Positions 39,605 through 50,109 of a DNA stretch of 64,000 bases are shown here, in pieces (position 1 is the first letter of the stretch; the number at the start of each line of letters is the position of its first letter). Source of the DNA: an uncultured candidate division Zixibacteria bacterium (GTDB lineage Bacteria; Zixibacteria; MSB-5A5; GN15; FEB-12); assembly GCA_963806185.1 (NCBI GenBank), contig CAWDXE010000007.1:416001-480000 (forward strand), given 5' to 3'. The position numbers and the translations under genes are program-made. The notes beneath the pieces are model-generated. The model worked only from the letters and a program-made list of their open reading frames with translations, was not told the DNA's origin and searched no databases.

Positions 39605-40237
39605 ATGGATTTGAAAGACCCGAAAACGCAGAAGTTCGTGATCGCACTCCTGGCGGCCTTTGTGGTGGTGTACTTATGGTATTCGCGCGTGTATCAGAGC
39701 TACGACGCGAAGATCGATATGAAGAGCCAGGAGTTTGAAACGATTACGACCGATCTTAAGAATGTCGAGATGAAGGCGAAGTCGCTCGAAGCCCTCAAGC
39801 TGGAATACGGCGACTTGTTGAAGCGGTACAACGAGATCGAGGCCCTGCTTCCGGAAGTGAAGCAGATTCCGTCGATGCTGGTGCAGCTCCATACGGCGTC
39901 GGCCATCACCGGCGCGCGGATCACGAAACTTGAGCCGCAGCAAATCGGATCGGAAGAGTTCTACAATATCGCGTCATACAATATAGAGATGACGGGGACA
40001 TATCACGATTTCGGACAGTTTATCAGCTACGTGGCGAACTTTCCGTTTATCGCGAACGTGTCGAACATGAATATCAAGACGCAGAACGTGTCGATCACCA
40101 AGGCGGGACAGGCCAACGTGGAGAGCCCGTCGAAGCCCATGGAGATCGGCAAGAAAAAAGAGACCATAACCGCGAGCTTCACCTTGTCGACGTATTACGT
40201 CAAGGAAGAGGAGCGGTTGAAAGAAGTAGTGCTGTAG
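39605..40237 (+). CDS. pilO: Type IV pilus assembly protein PilO
   Basis: N-terminal TM, coiled coil, LLPEVKQIPSML, EEFY, GTYHDFGQF. Confidence 0.9.
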   Translation: MDLKDPKTQKFVIALLAAFVVVYLWYSRVYQSYDAKIDMKSQEFETITTDLKNVEMKAKSLEALKLEYGDLLKRYNEIEALLPEVKQIPSMLVQLHTASAITGARITKLEPQQIGSEEFYNIASYNIEMTGTYHDFGQFISYVANFPFIANVSNMNIKTQNVSITKAGQANVESPSKPMEIGKKKETITASFTLSTYYVKEEERLKEVVL

Positions 40238-40250
40238 GAGGCTGCCAGAG

Positions 40251-42273
40251 ATGAAAAAGATGATCTACACCCTGTTCGTCATCGCGCTGGTCGCTTCGTC
40301 TTCAGCGTATGCTGCGAAAGTGACCACGGTCGCGTTGTCGTATCAGGACAACCAGACAGTGGCTCGGATAGATGTTGACGGCCCGATTCGGTTTGCGCAC
40401 CAGACGGAGATACCCAAGGAGGGGCGCGGGCATCGAGTTATTCTCGACGTCCTGGCGGCCACGCACGGGTTGACCGCCAAGGTGTTCGACAAGCTGCCGG
40501 AGTGTCCGATCACGAGCATCCGCACCAGCCAGTATTCGGTGGATCCGGAGAAGGTAGTGCGAATCGTGTTTGACATGACGAAGGCGCCGTTGTACCGAGT
40601 GGAACAGAAGGGGAATGCCATTTACGTATACTTCACCGACAAGTCGGTGAAGCCGTTCGTCAATTGGTCGTCGGCGACGGTCGTTCCGGCCACGCTGATA
40701 GCGTCGCCGACACCGATGCCGGCGATGGCCAGCGTAACGCCGAAACCGGCGACGGCCGCTGCGGCCAAGCCGGCTACGACTGATGAACAACGGAAGATGG
40801 CGGAGGGCGATCGGATGGCCAGTCTTGGCAGCCCTAAAACGGCTGTCACGACGTCGGTCAAGCCGGCAACGCCAGCGGTCGAGCCGAAACCGGTGGCCAA
40901 GGCAGAACCGACGGCGTCAAAACCGACGACGGTGAACGAGAAGCCGACGGTACCGGCGACGCCGAAGGCGGCTGTCCCGACGACTGTGGCGCAGAAGCCG
41001 GCGGTGGTCGAGGTGACCAAGACGGAGCCGAAGCCGATGGTTCCGGCGACGCCGAAAGCTGAGCCGAAGCCGATGACACCGGCGACGGTGGCGACGGCCA
41101 AACCGGCCACGCCACTTGCGCCGCCCATGCCGGCCACGAAGCCGGTAGTGGCGACAAGCACGCCGACGGTGAAGAAGGAAACGATTCCGGCGGCTGCCGC
41201 GACACCGACACCGGCTGCAAAGCCTGCGACGGTGGCATCGACGCCGACAACGGTGACAAAGCCTGCGACGGTGGCATCGACGCCGACAACGCCGGCGACT
41301 GCCAAGCCGATGACAGTGGCGGCAACACCGACCGAGAAGCAGAATATCACGCCGAAGTCCGAGACAGCGACGCCGAAGCCGGCGGTCGTTGCGAGCACTC
41401 CGGCGGTTACGCCGGCCAAGCCGGTAGAGAATAAGCCCGCGACGCCGGTTACTCCGGCGGCGAAGCCTTTGGCAACGCCCGCCGGCGAGAAGCCAGCGAC
41501 GACGCCGGTGGTAGCGGCCAGCAAGCCTACGGCGACACCGGTGGTAGCGCAGCAGACGACCCGACGACGTCAAGCCGGAAGTGAAACCGACGCCGACGAC
41601 GGTGCCTGCAGTTCCAGCTACAATACCTAAGCCGGCGGCTACGCCTGCGGCCACAGTGGCTACCGCAAATCCGACCGACAAGCCGACGGTGGCAAAGCCG
41701 GACAAGGAAGAGCCGAAGCCGACGGTTACGGACAAGGCCGCGATTCCGTCGCCGGAATACGGCGCCGATACCATAGCGGAAGAAGATCTGATGGTGGCGG
41801 TAGATCCGAACGCCCCGGTGGACGAGGAAGATGACCTGACGGAGAGCGACTTGACTGACCGGCCGAACGATACGTCGTCGACCGCTCGATTCCGACGCAA
41901 CCCGGCCCAGGCGGCCAAGTTCAAAGGGACGATGATTGCCGAATTCCCGAAGCGTCTGGTGATCAAGTACCAGTCGAAGGGGCATCGCGATCCGTTTGCG
42001 ACGCTGATCGACGAGAGCCGGACCACCTCGCGCCCGACCGAGAAGGCGGTGCCGAATGTTGACGGACTGCGCCTGGTTGGCATCATCGAGGCGAAGGGAA
42101 TGAACGGAGATCGCGCCCTGTTCGAGGACAAGGATGGGTTCAGCTACATTCTCGAATCCGGTGACAAAGTCCAGAAGGGATACGTGCTTCGGATCGAGGA
42201 CAACACCGTGTACTTCCAGATATTCGAGTATGGCTGGACGCGTACGGTGGCGCTCAAAATGGAAGAGATCTAA
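40251..42273 (+). CDS. AMIN-like domain + long Pro/Ala/Thr/Lys-rich linker + PilP-like C-terminal domain (frameshift near 41560)
   Basis: RVILDV..IRTSQY...VVRIVFDM AMIN-like pattern; ~300 aa KPAT/TP repeats; RDPF...LRLVGII...ALFED.DG.SY....GD PilP-like motif; sits between pilO and pilQ. Confidence 0.75.
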
Positions 42274-42285
42274 CGAAAGGCTGGT

Positions 42286-43578
42286 GTGGATATGAGTGGC
42301 AAGACAATTCGCAAAGCATGGGTGGGTGGATTCGTGGCCCTGGTGCTTCTGGCCTTTGTCGTATCGGCAATGGCGGAAGAGGGTCGCGATCCTTCAAAAC
42401 CGATCAAGAATCTGCAATTCCAGGCGGCGGACATTCGCTCCGTACTGACGTTCCTGGCTGACTACGGCGGCGTCAATGTCGTCGTGTCGCCCAAGGTTCA
42501 GGGGACGGTAACGATCAAGTTGACCGATGTGTTGTGGCGTGACGCCATGAACATCATCGGCCGCACCTATGACCTGGCGGTCGTCGACGAGGCGTCGGGC
42601 TACATTCGCGTGATGCCGGCCGTGGAATATCGGCTTGAGCAGTCCGAAGAACGGAAGCACGACCAGGAGCAGCGTCAACTGGTACCGCTGGAAACGAAGA
42701 TCGTGACGATTTCGAATTCGACCTCCGGCGACATCGTGAAGTCGGTAAAGGGTCTGATGACCGAGCGCGGCGTTGCCATCAGCGACGAGCGGTCAAACTC
42801 GGTGATCATACAGGAAGTGCCGACCAACCTGCCGACGGTGCTCGGGTACATTTCAGAGCTGGACAAGCCGTCCAAGCAGATCAAGATTTCGACGCAGTTG
42901 GTGGAGCTGTCCACGAACAGCCTGGAAGAATACGGCGTCGACTGGACAGCCTCGGGCACGTATACCACCGAGAGCGGCCGGTCGTACAAGTCGACGGGCG
43001 AAGTGAAGACCGAGCGGTTGACGGACAATTCGGCCGGGTACAAGTTGACGGCGCTGCAGCACGGCTGGTCGGTTGAAGCCATCGTGCAGGCAATCGTGTC
43101 GAGCGGCAAGGGGAAAATTGTCGCGCATCCGGAGATCACGACGCTGGACAACAAAGAAGCGAAGATCCAGATGGGTCAGAAGGTGCCGGTGAAACAGTAT
43201 GACGAAGCCGGTAACGTGGTTATCAAGTTCGAACAGGTCGGCACAATTCTGACCGTGACGCCGCATATTACGGCGGAGAACCAGATTCTGATGTATCTGA
43301 AGCCGGAGCGGTCGACGTACGAGTTCGACGCGAACGGCGTGATCATCAACACCAATAACGCCGAGACGCACGTGATCGTGGCCAACGGACAGACGGCGGT
43401 GATCGGCGGCCTGACGACGCAGGACGAGACCCGGGACAAGATCGGGGTACCGTTCCTGAAGGACATTCCGATCGTCGGCATGTTGTTCTCGTATTCGCGG
43501 ACGCGGACAGAGAGCCGCGACCTGGTGATTTTCGTGACGCCGAATATCGTCGACGAGAATCTCGCGGTGAAGCCGTAA
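42286..43578 (+). CDS. pilQ: Type IV pilus secretin PilQ-like (short, no AMIN domains)
   Basis: LQFQAADIRSVL, DERSNSVII, LDKP..QIKI, P.ITTLDNKEAKIQMG, L.VTPHI, GVPFLKDIP..G.LF, LVIFVTP. Confidence 0.9.
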   Translation: MDMSGKTIRKAWVGGFVALVLLAFVVSAMAEEGRDPSKPIKNLQFQAADIRSVLTFLADYGGVNVVVSPKVQGTVTIKLTDVLWRDAMNIIGRTYDLAVVDEASGYIRVMPAVEYRLEQSEERKHDQEQRQLVPLETKIVTISNSTSGDIVKSVKGLMTERGVAISDERSNSVIIQEVPTNLPTVLGYISELDKPSKQIKISTQLVELSTNSLEEYGVDWTASGTYTTESGRSYKSTGEVKTERLTDNSAGYKLTALQHGWSVEAIVQAIVSSGKGKIVAHPEITTLDNKEAKIQMGQKVPVKQYDEAGNVVIKFEQVGTILTVTPHITAENQILMYLKPERSTYEFDANGVIINTNNAETHVIVANGQTAVIGGLTTQDETRDKIGVPFLKDIPIVGMLFSYSRTRTESRDLVIFVTPNIVDENLAVKP

Positions 43579-43605
43579 GTCGAGACTGACGAATCATACC
43601 AGCCT

Positions 43606-43637
43606 GGCCCCCGATTCGGAGCGAATCGGGGGCTTTT
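43606..43637 (+). terminator. Putative intrinsic terminator
   Basis: GGCCCCCGATTCG-GAG-CGAATCGGGGGC followed by TTTT. Confidence 0.7.
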
Positions 43638-43736
43638 CATTGGTTAAAAAAGCCGGTGAAGTGCCGATTAATACAGGGTGGAGACGGGTTCCCAAAAACG
43701 GTAAAAATGCAAGGTCTTTCGATAAACAACGAGGAA

Positions 43737-45839
43737 ATGCGTATGCGTACAAAAGGTCTGTGGCTGATCGGAATCATGGTACTGCTGGGCGGTATGCTGA
43801 TTCTGTCCGGCTGCGATTCGAGCAGCAGCTCGGATTCGCCCACGACGAACACGTTAATCGTGACGGCGAATCCAGGTTCAATTTCAACGAGCGGGTCATC
43901 GGTCGTTGAGGCAGTCATGATGAACGGCGCGACGCCGGTGGCGGGAGTGGACGTGGCGTTCACCGTGGCACCGTCGAGTGCCGGGTATTTTACACCGACA
44001 ACAGCCACGACTGACGCCGACGGCATAGCGGCGACTGTGTTCACCGCGCTGAACGAGGCGTCGGCGACCATCACGGCCACGGCCGCGACGGCATCGTTGA
44101 GCGACAACGCCAACCTGGTGATCTCGACAGAAGGCGGGGGCGGCAGCGGCACAGGTAACGTGACCGTGAGCGTCTCGCCGAGCCTGATCATCGCGGATGC
44201 CACTGATTCGGCCCAGGTGACGATCGCTGTGCGCGACGCTCTGGGCGCCACGGCTCCCGATTCGACGCTGGTGAAAGTGGTGGCGGGCGAAAAATTCGCA
44301 GATAATGACGGCAACGGGTACTGGACACAGGGAGTGGATTCGCTGCTTTTCGACGGTAACGAAAACAGCAGTTGGGACGCGATGGGTGTCATCGCTTCCA
44401 CCGTGAAGACGAAGAACGGCAACGGCAGCGCCACACTGTGGTTCAAGCCGGGGACGATCACCGGGACGGCCTACATTCGGGCAACGGTGTCCGACGGCGG
44501 AATCTCCGGGTATGGAGAAGCGTCGGTGCAGATTCGCCCCAACGCCGAAGTGTACTCGATTTATCTGATGTCCGACACCAACGTACTGCAGGTGCGGGCG
44601 ACGGGCGGGATAGAGACCGGGCTCATTCGCGCGACGCTGTACGACGTGTACGGCAACCTGATTCCGGAAGGAGTCGTGGTCAATTTTGCGATCGTCGACG
44701 GACCGGGCGGCGATGAGTGGATCGGTACGACGGCCGGCGATTCAGTCTACTCGGTGGCGACGGATGTGAGCGGCCGGGCGACGGCGCCGATTCATTCGGG
44801 CACGAAGTCGGGGACGATCCGGGTGCGTGCATGGTCCAACCTGGTACTGTCAAGCGCGACGCAGATTCTGGTCGCGTCCGGCCCGCCGAAGCATATCGTG
44901 GTCGGCGCCGAATTCTGCAATGTCGACTACTGGGATAATGTGGGACAACTGGTCAAAGTGGCGGCCGTGGTTTCGGATACCTTTATGAATCCTGTTCCTG
45001 ATTCGACAGTGGTGTATTTCACCTGCGATGAAGGGACGATGAAGGCGTATGAACTGCGGACGCTGGACCATGAGGGCATTGCCACGACGCTCTGGATATC
45101 CGGAACGAATATCGCCACGGCTGACGGGCGCGTGTATATCATTGCCGAGACGTACGGCGGCAAGGTTGCCGATACGAGCATGTTTTTCAACTCGCATATC
45201 TGTGACACGCTTATGGTGACCGGCGTGCCGGCCCAGATCTACGCCGACGGCGCGAGCAAGTACTCGATATCGGTGATTGGGCTGGACTTGAACGACAACC
45301 CGGTGGCCAATGCGACTGAGTTCAAAGCCGACGCCCGATTGATCGGTGTGACCGGCGGAACGCTGGGCGACGGATGCTATTCGTCGTGGGCAACTGTTAA
45401 GTTGACGGCGCCGACGCTTCAGGTCGACAACTCGAACCTGGGCGGCGTCGGAATCGACGACGGAATCGGCGACGTCGATCAACTGCTCTATTGGTCGGCG
45501 GGAGCCGTAACGCGAATCAATGTCACTCTGCAAACGGGGATGGCGTATGCGGGTAACAGTGATGTTGAGGGATCAACTTCAGCCTCCAACGGCGAGAACC
45601 TGAACTTCACCGTGACCGTCAAGGATCGTTGGGGCAACCCGCTGGCTGATCACACGATCACCCTGAGTTCGAGTTCGGGTACGGTGGTATCGGCAACGCA
45701 TGATACCGATCCGTATGGTGTTGCGAGCGGGTTCATTTGGACGGCCCCGGCTGCCGGGACCGGCGATTTCAATATCAACTTCACCGACAGCGATCCGCGC
45801 GGCAGTATAGCGCTCTCGCACAAGGTGTCCATAAACTAG
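43737..45839 (+). CDS. Lipoprotein with invasin/Big_1-type Ig-like repeats
   Basis: LSGC lipobox; repeated TDxxGxA, DxxGN(P/L), ADG motifs; S/T/G/V-rich. Confidence 0.78.
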   Translation: MRMRTKGLWLIGIMVLLGGMLILSGCDSSSSSDSPTTNTLIVTANPGSISTSGSSVVEAVMMNGATPVAGVDVAFTVAPSSAGYFTPTTATTDADGIAATVFTALNEASATITATAATASLSDNANLVISTEGGGGSGTGNVTVSVSPSLIIADATDSAQVTIAVRDALGATAPDSTLVKVVAGEKFADNDGNGYWTQGVDSLLFDGNENSSWDAMGVIASTVKTKNGNGSATLWFKPGTITGTAYIRATVSDGGISGYGEASVQIRPNAEVYSIYLMSDTNVLQVRATGGIETGLIRATLYDVYGNLIPEGVVVNFAIVDGPGGDEWIGTTAGDSVYSVATDVSGRATAPIHSGTKSGTIRVRAWSNLVLSSATQILVASGPPKHIVVGAEFCNVDYWDNVGQLVKVAAVVSDTFMNPVPDSTVVYFTCDEGTMKAYELRTLDHEGIATTLWISGTNIATADGRVYIIAETYGGKVADTSMFFNSHICDTLMVTGVPAQIYADGASKYSISVIGLDLNDNPVANATEFKADARLIGVTGGTLGDGCYSSWATVKLTAPTLQVDNSNLGGVGIDDGIGDVDQLLYWSAGAVTRINVTLQTGMAYAGNSDVEGSTSASNGENLNFTVTVKDRWGNPLADHTITLSSSSGTVVSATHDTDPYGVASGFIWTAPAAGTGDFNINFTDSDPRGSIALSHKVSIN

Positions 45840-45867
45840 TCTACCGTCTCTTATTTGCACTTCGTAA

Positions 45868-45909
45868 TCGCCGGCGCGTCCGCCAACAGACGCGCCGGCG
45901 ACTTCATTT
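45868..45909 (+). terminator. Stem-loop after the Ig-like lipoprotein gene
   Basis: TCGCCGGCGCGTC...GACGCGCCGGCGA 13-bp stem. Confidence 0.55.
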
Positions 45910-45971
45910 GGGGAGGCGGCATGGTGCGCTTTCCTCTTTTACCGATTACTGTTTTCTGATACATTAGCAGA

Positions 45972-47675
45972 ATGCAGAAGATAGGGCAACGAGCGGTCAT
46001 TACCGGGCCGGGCAACCTGTTTGCTGAATTCGAACGGGCGGCGCGAGCGCGGCCGGATCGGGTGGCGATCAGAGCGGCCGGTGGTCGAGGCAGGCAATAC
46101 ACTTACGGGGAGATGCTGGCAGTCATTTCCGGCTTAGCGGACGTGTTGTCAGAGTCGCCGTATGCCGCGCAGAACCGGATCGGACTGCTGGCGGAGAACC
46201 GGGCGGAATGGCCGATGGCCTACCTGGCGATTCTGGCGGCAGGCAAGACGGTGGTGCCGATCGACGCCAATTTGAAGCCGAAGGAGATTGCGCACATTGT
46301 CGCCCACGCCGGTTTGCGGGTGATGTTCGCCTCGGCGGCATTTCACGCGCTGTTGGCAGAGCGGCATTCGGACATACTGGTGCTGTCGATGGATGAGATG
46401 TTCGGCGGGATATCGGCCACAGTACCGGCGTCGCCAGTCACGACAGAAGAGCGGATGGAATGGACAGAACCGGCAGTACTCATCTATACTTCGGGGACGA
46501 TGGGTGACCCGAAGGCGGTGATGCTCACGCATGCCAATTTGCTGTCCAATCTTGACGGGGTCGCGCGGGCTCTGCATTTCGGGGAGGGGGATATATTTCT
46601 GTCCGTGTTGCCGCTCAATCATGCCTTTGAGGCGACCTGTGGATTTTTGTCGCCGCTCACGCGGGGATCGACGGTAGCCTATGCCCGATCGCTGAAGTCC
46701 AAGGAGATTCTGGAAGATATTGCTCACAACGGCGTGACGATCATGTGCGGAGTACCGCTGTTGTTCGAGAAGATGTACCAGGCGATGCAGCGGGGGATTG
46801 CCTCGGCGCCGATGTATCGACGAGTGTTGTTCAAGTTACTCTGGGTGCTCTCGGCATTGGGCTGGAAACTGGGCTGGAAATGGGGCAAGGAGCTGTACCG
46901 GCCGTTGCGCCGGAAGGCGGGCTTGTCGTCGGTGCGGCTGCTGGTGTCGGGAGGGGCGGCGGTTTCGCCGGCGATCGGGCGATTTTTCAATTACCTGGGG
47001 ATTGATTTCGTGCAGGGGTACGGACTGACGGAGTGCGCGCCGGTGATTTCCGTAAATCGGCTGGACGACATTAAGTTTGGTTCGATTGGTACGGCGTTGG
47101 ATAATCTGGAAGTGAAGATCGTTGACATGAATGAAGAGGGGGAAGGAGAAATCTTCGTCCGAGGCGAGGCGGTGACGCCGGGGTATTGGGAGAATCCGAA
47201 CAAGACGGCCGAGTTGATTCGTGACGGATGGCTGCACACCGGCGATCTGGGGCGGGAGCATGATGGACACCTCTGGATTACGGGGCGGGCGAAAAACGTG
47301 ATCGTGTCGGCGGCAGGAAAGAACATTCATCCGGAAGAACTCGAGGAGCGGCTGAACGAGCAATTGTTGATCGGCGAGTCGGTGGTGTTCGGTCAACGCA
47401 AAGAGGGGCGGCAGGGAGAAGAGGTGCGGGCGATCATCGTGCCCGACTTTGAGCAGTTCCGGCTTGAGTTTGGCATGGAGGTGGAGCGGCCGAATGAGGT
47501 ATTGATCGCATCGGCTCTGGAGAAGTGCGTAGCTGACGTGAATGATCATCTGGCCGGGTACAAGCGAATTGTGGGGTATACGGTGCAGATGCAGGAACTG
47601 GACAAGACTTCGACGAAAAAGGTGCGTCGGACTGTATACAACAGGCGAGAGGGATCGCCGGGGGGGATGAAATAG
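45972..47675 (+). CDS. Long-chain acyl-CoA synthetase (AMP-binding family)
   Basis: IYTSGTMGDPKAVML, SGGA, QGYGLTE, WLHTGDLG, GRAKNVIV. Confidence 0.92.
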   Translation: MQKIGQRAVITGPGNLFAEFERAARARPDRVAIRAAGGRGRQYTYGEMLAVISGLADVLSESPYAAQNRIGLLAENRAEWPMAYLAILAAGKTVVPIDANLKPKEIAHIVAHAGLRVMFASAAFHALLAERHSDILVLSMDEMFGGISATVPASPVTTEERMEWTEPAVLIYTSGTMGDPKAVMLTHANLLSNLDGVARALHFGEGDIFLSVLPLNHAFEATCGFLSPLTRGSTVAYARSLKSKEILEDIAHNGVTIMCGVPLLFEKMYQAMQRGIASAPMYRRVLFKLLWVLSALGWKLGWKWGKELYRPLRRKAGLSSVRLLVSGGAAVSPAIGRFFNYLGIDFVQGYGLTECAPVISVNRLDDIKFGSIGTALDNLEVKIVDMNEEGEGEIFVRGEAVTPGYWENPNKTAELIRDGWLHTGDLGREHDGHLWITGRAKNVIVSAAGKNIHPEELEERLNEQLLIGESVVFGQRKEGRQGEEVRAIIVPDFEQFRLEFGMEVERPNEVLIASALEKCVADVNDHLAGYKRIVGYTVQMQELDKTSTKKVRRTVYNRREGSPGGMK

Positions 47676-47678
47676 CAA

Positions 47679-48098
47679 ATGGTGAACACGCAGGCGATAG
47701 AATTTGACACGGCACCGGGAGAGATTATCGATATCACGCCGGAGCTTCAGCGGGCGATCGATCAGTCGGCCATAGAGTCGGGGATTGTGGTGGCGTTTGT
47801 ACCGGGGTCGACAGCCGGGTTGACGACGATGGAATATGAGGACGGGTTGGTGGCCGATCTGGCGAAATGGCTCGAGCAGGTGATTCCCTCGGGAGGGCAG
47901 TATCATCACAATGACAAGTGGAAAGACGGGAACGGGTACTCGCATCTGCGAGCGGCGCTGCTCGGGCCGGATGTGACGGTACCGTTCGTGAACCGGACGT
48001 TGATACTCGGAGAGTGGCAGCAGGTGGTACTGGTGGAGTGCGATAATCGTCAGCGGACGCGCCGGGTGGTGTTTCAAATCATGGGGGAGCAGGCGTGA
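47679..48098 (+). CDS. YjbQ/UPF0047 family protein
   Basis: GSTAGLTTME, Y.HN, NG.SHL, LGEWQ. Confidence 0.9.
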   Translation: MVNTQAIEFDTAPGEIIDITPELQRAIDQSAIESGIVVAFVPGSTAGLTTMEYEDGLVADLAKWLEQVIPSGGQYHHNDKWKDGNGYSHLRAALLGPDVTVPFVNRTLILGEWQQVVLVECDNRQRTRRVVFQIMGEQA

Positions 48099-49102
48099 TG
48101 GTCAAAGCTCTGGAGCGAGTGGGCGACAAGCTGAGATTGCTGGATCAGACCAGGCTGCCGGCGGAGACGATCTACCGTGAGTTGGACGACTACCAGGAGA
48201 TCATCGGGGCGATCAAACGGCTCGAGGTCCGGGGAGCGCCGGCCATTGGGATAGCGGCGGCGTATGGCGTGGCGGTGGGCGTGAGGCAAGTGGGGAAGTT
48301 CGACGATGCGGCGGTCGACAAGATAATCGGGGAGATCCGGGCGGCGCGGCCGACGGCGGTCAACCTGTTCTGGGCGTTGGATAGAGTGCGGGACGCTTAC
48401 CAAAAGGGGAGGCCGAGTTCGCTGGAGGCGGCCCTCGCGCTGCTCTGGCGGGAGGCGGAGGCGATTCACCACGAAGATGAAGAAATGTGCCGGCGGATCG
48501 GGCGGAATGGGGCGGAACTGGTTCGAGACGGCGACGTGATATTGACGCACTGCAATACCGGGGCGTTGGCGACGGGCGGGATTGGGACGGCGCTGGGGGT
48601 TATCTATACTGCGGTTGAGCAGGGGAAGAAGATTTGCGTCTATGCGGACGAAACGCGGCCGCTCTTGCAGGGGGCGCGGCTGACGGCGTGGGAGTTGAAA
48701 GAAGCAGGGATTCCGGTCACGCTGATTTGCGATTCGGTGGCGGGGATGTTGATGGCTCAGGGAAAAATCAAGATAGCGATTGTCGGGGCCGATCGAATTG
48801 CGCGGAATGGAGACACGGCGAACAAAATCGGCACTTACTCAGTGGCGGTGCTGGCAAAGGAGCATGGGGTTCCGTTTTACGTGGCGGCGCCGACGTCGAC
48901 GTTTGATCCCGGGATTGCGACCGGCGAGGAAATTGTGATCGAAGAACGGGGAGAGGCCGAAGTGACCGAGGGGTTTGGCAAACGGACGGCTCCGCAGGGA
49001 GTCGTGGTCTATGCGCCGGCGTTTGATGTCACGCCAAACCGTTTGATAAGCGGCTTCATCACCGATCAGGGGATTCGGCCGGGCGGCCGGGTCAAGGGGT
49101 GA
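48095..49102 (+). CDS. mtnA: S-methyl-5-thioribose-1-phosphate isomerase
   Basis: LLDQTRLP, VRGAPAIG, RPTAVNL, LTHCNTGALAT, ETRPLLQGARLT, ANKIGTY, AFDVTP. Confidence 0.95.
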   Translation: MMVKALERVGDKLRLLDQTRLPAETIYRELDDYQEIIGAIKRLEVRGAPAIGIAAAYGVAVGVRQVGKFDDAAVDKIIGEIRAARPTAVNLFWALDRVRDAYQKGRPSSLEAALALLWREAEAIHHEDEEMCRRIGRNGAELVRDGDVILTHCNTGALATGGIGTALGVIYTAVEQGKKICVYADETRPLLQGARLTAWELKEAGIPVTLICDSVAGMLMAQGKIKIAIVGADRIARNGDTANKIGTYSVAVLAKEHGVPFYVAAPTSTFDPGIATGEEIVIEERGEAEVTEGFGKRTAPQGVVVYAPAFDVTPNRLISGFITDQGIRPGGRVKG

Positions 49103-49198
49103 TCGAAAGAGAGGGCGGATCGGAAGGATGTGGTTCGGGAATCATCCTGCCGATACCATAAGGATAGGGTTGGATGTCAGGGAGTCGGTGACCAATCA

Positions 49199-49825
49199 AT
49201 GAAGTCCAAGACGCGACGGCAATTGCGGGCGGCGGTTTCGGCCGTCCTTGATCTATTTTCACCTCAGCCGATCACGGTGCCGGCGCCGGCGACGATGCAC
49301 ACGCGCATTCTCGAAGAGGGGCGCGAGGTGGCGGTGCGCGCGACGCAGTTTTTGCCGGTTCCGAAGGCGACGGCCTTGCCCAGCGCGGTCGATTTGTATG
49401 CGATGTTCGACCGGTTCAATCTGACGTATTTCGCGGGGAGTCTGCCGAGAGTGACGATTCTGTATTCGGAGCGGATGAGTTCGGCCGGTTCGTACACGCC
49501 GCGCCAGAAGCTGATTCGGATCGGGCGAAAGTACCATGAGATTTTCCCGGAAGAGATTGCCGACACGCTGAAGCACGAGATGATCCACATCAAGCACTTC
49601 AAGCACAACGCGGCGTTCAAGAGGGAAGCGAAGCGGGTGGGGGCGTCGGTGCAGGCCAATTATCATCCGTCGCTTCACAAAGCGCCACGGTTTGTGTATG
49701 CCTGTCCGACCTGCGGGAAAGAGTATAATCGGCAGAAGGTTCTGCGGATGGCATCGTGCGGCGATTGCACGAAAGGGAAGCGGTTTGATCCGCGTTATAA
49801 GCTCGTGAGGAAGAAGAACGCGTGA
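49199..49825 (+). CDS. SprT-like zinc metalloprotease with C-terminal Zn ribbon
   Basis: FN..YF.G.LP, RMSSAG, LKHEMIH (HExxH), CPTC...CGDC. Confidence 0.85.
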   Translation: MKSKTRRQLRAAVSAVLDLFSPQPITVPAPATMHTRILEEGREVAVRATQFLPVPKATALPSAVDLYAMFDRFNLTYFAGSLPRVTILYSERMSSAGSYTPRQKLIRIGRKYHEIFPEEIADTLKHEMIHIKHFKHNAAFKREAKRVGASVQANYHPSLHKAPRFVYACPTCGKEYNRQKVLRMASCGDCTKGKRFDPRYKLVRKKNA

Positions 49826-50033
49826 CGGAGAGAGAGCAGCCACAGAACAGATGAACAGCAGAGGGCAGAGCGAGGTCGCTCTGCCTTTATTGTTTGGGCA
49901 GCGGCGGAGTTTACGTCGAAGCGGAGACTGCGGAACCGGCGGATAGATAAGTTGTTGTAAGAGAGTGGCTTGATGATGTGTCGGCGGGGTGGCGGTATTT
50001 GCGGAATGGTTGTACTAAAATGGCAGGCAACAC

Positions 50034-50061
50034 TTGACAAACGGTCTCTGGCGCATATATT
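50034..50061 (+). promoter_or_regulatory. Candidate sigma70 promoter of rplM-rpsI
   Basis: TTGACA-N16-TATATT. Confidence 0.5.
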
Positions 50062-50109
50062 TGAAGGCTTTTCTGGATGTTGAAACAACCCAGTAGGTTA
50101 GGTAGAGTG

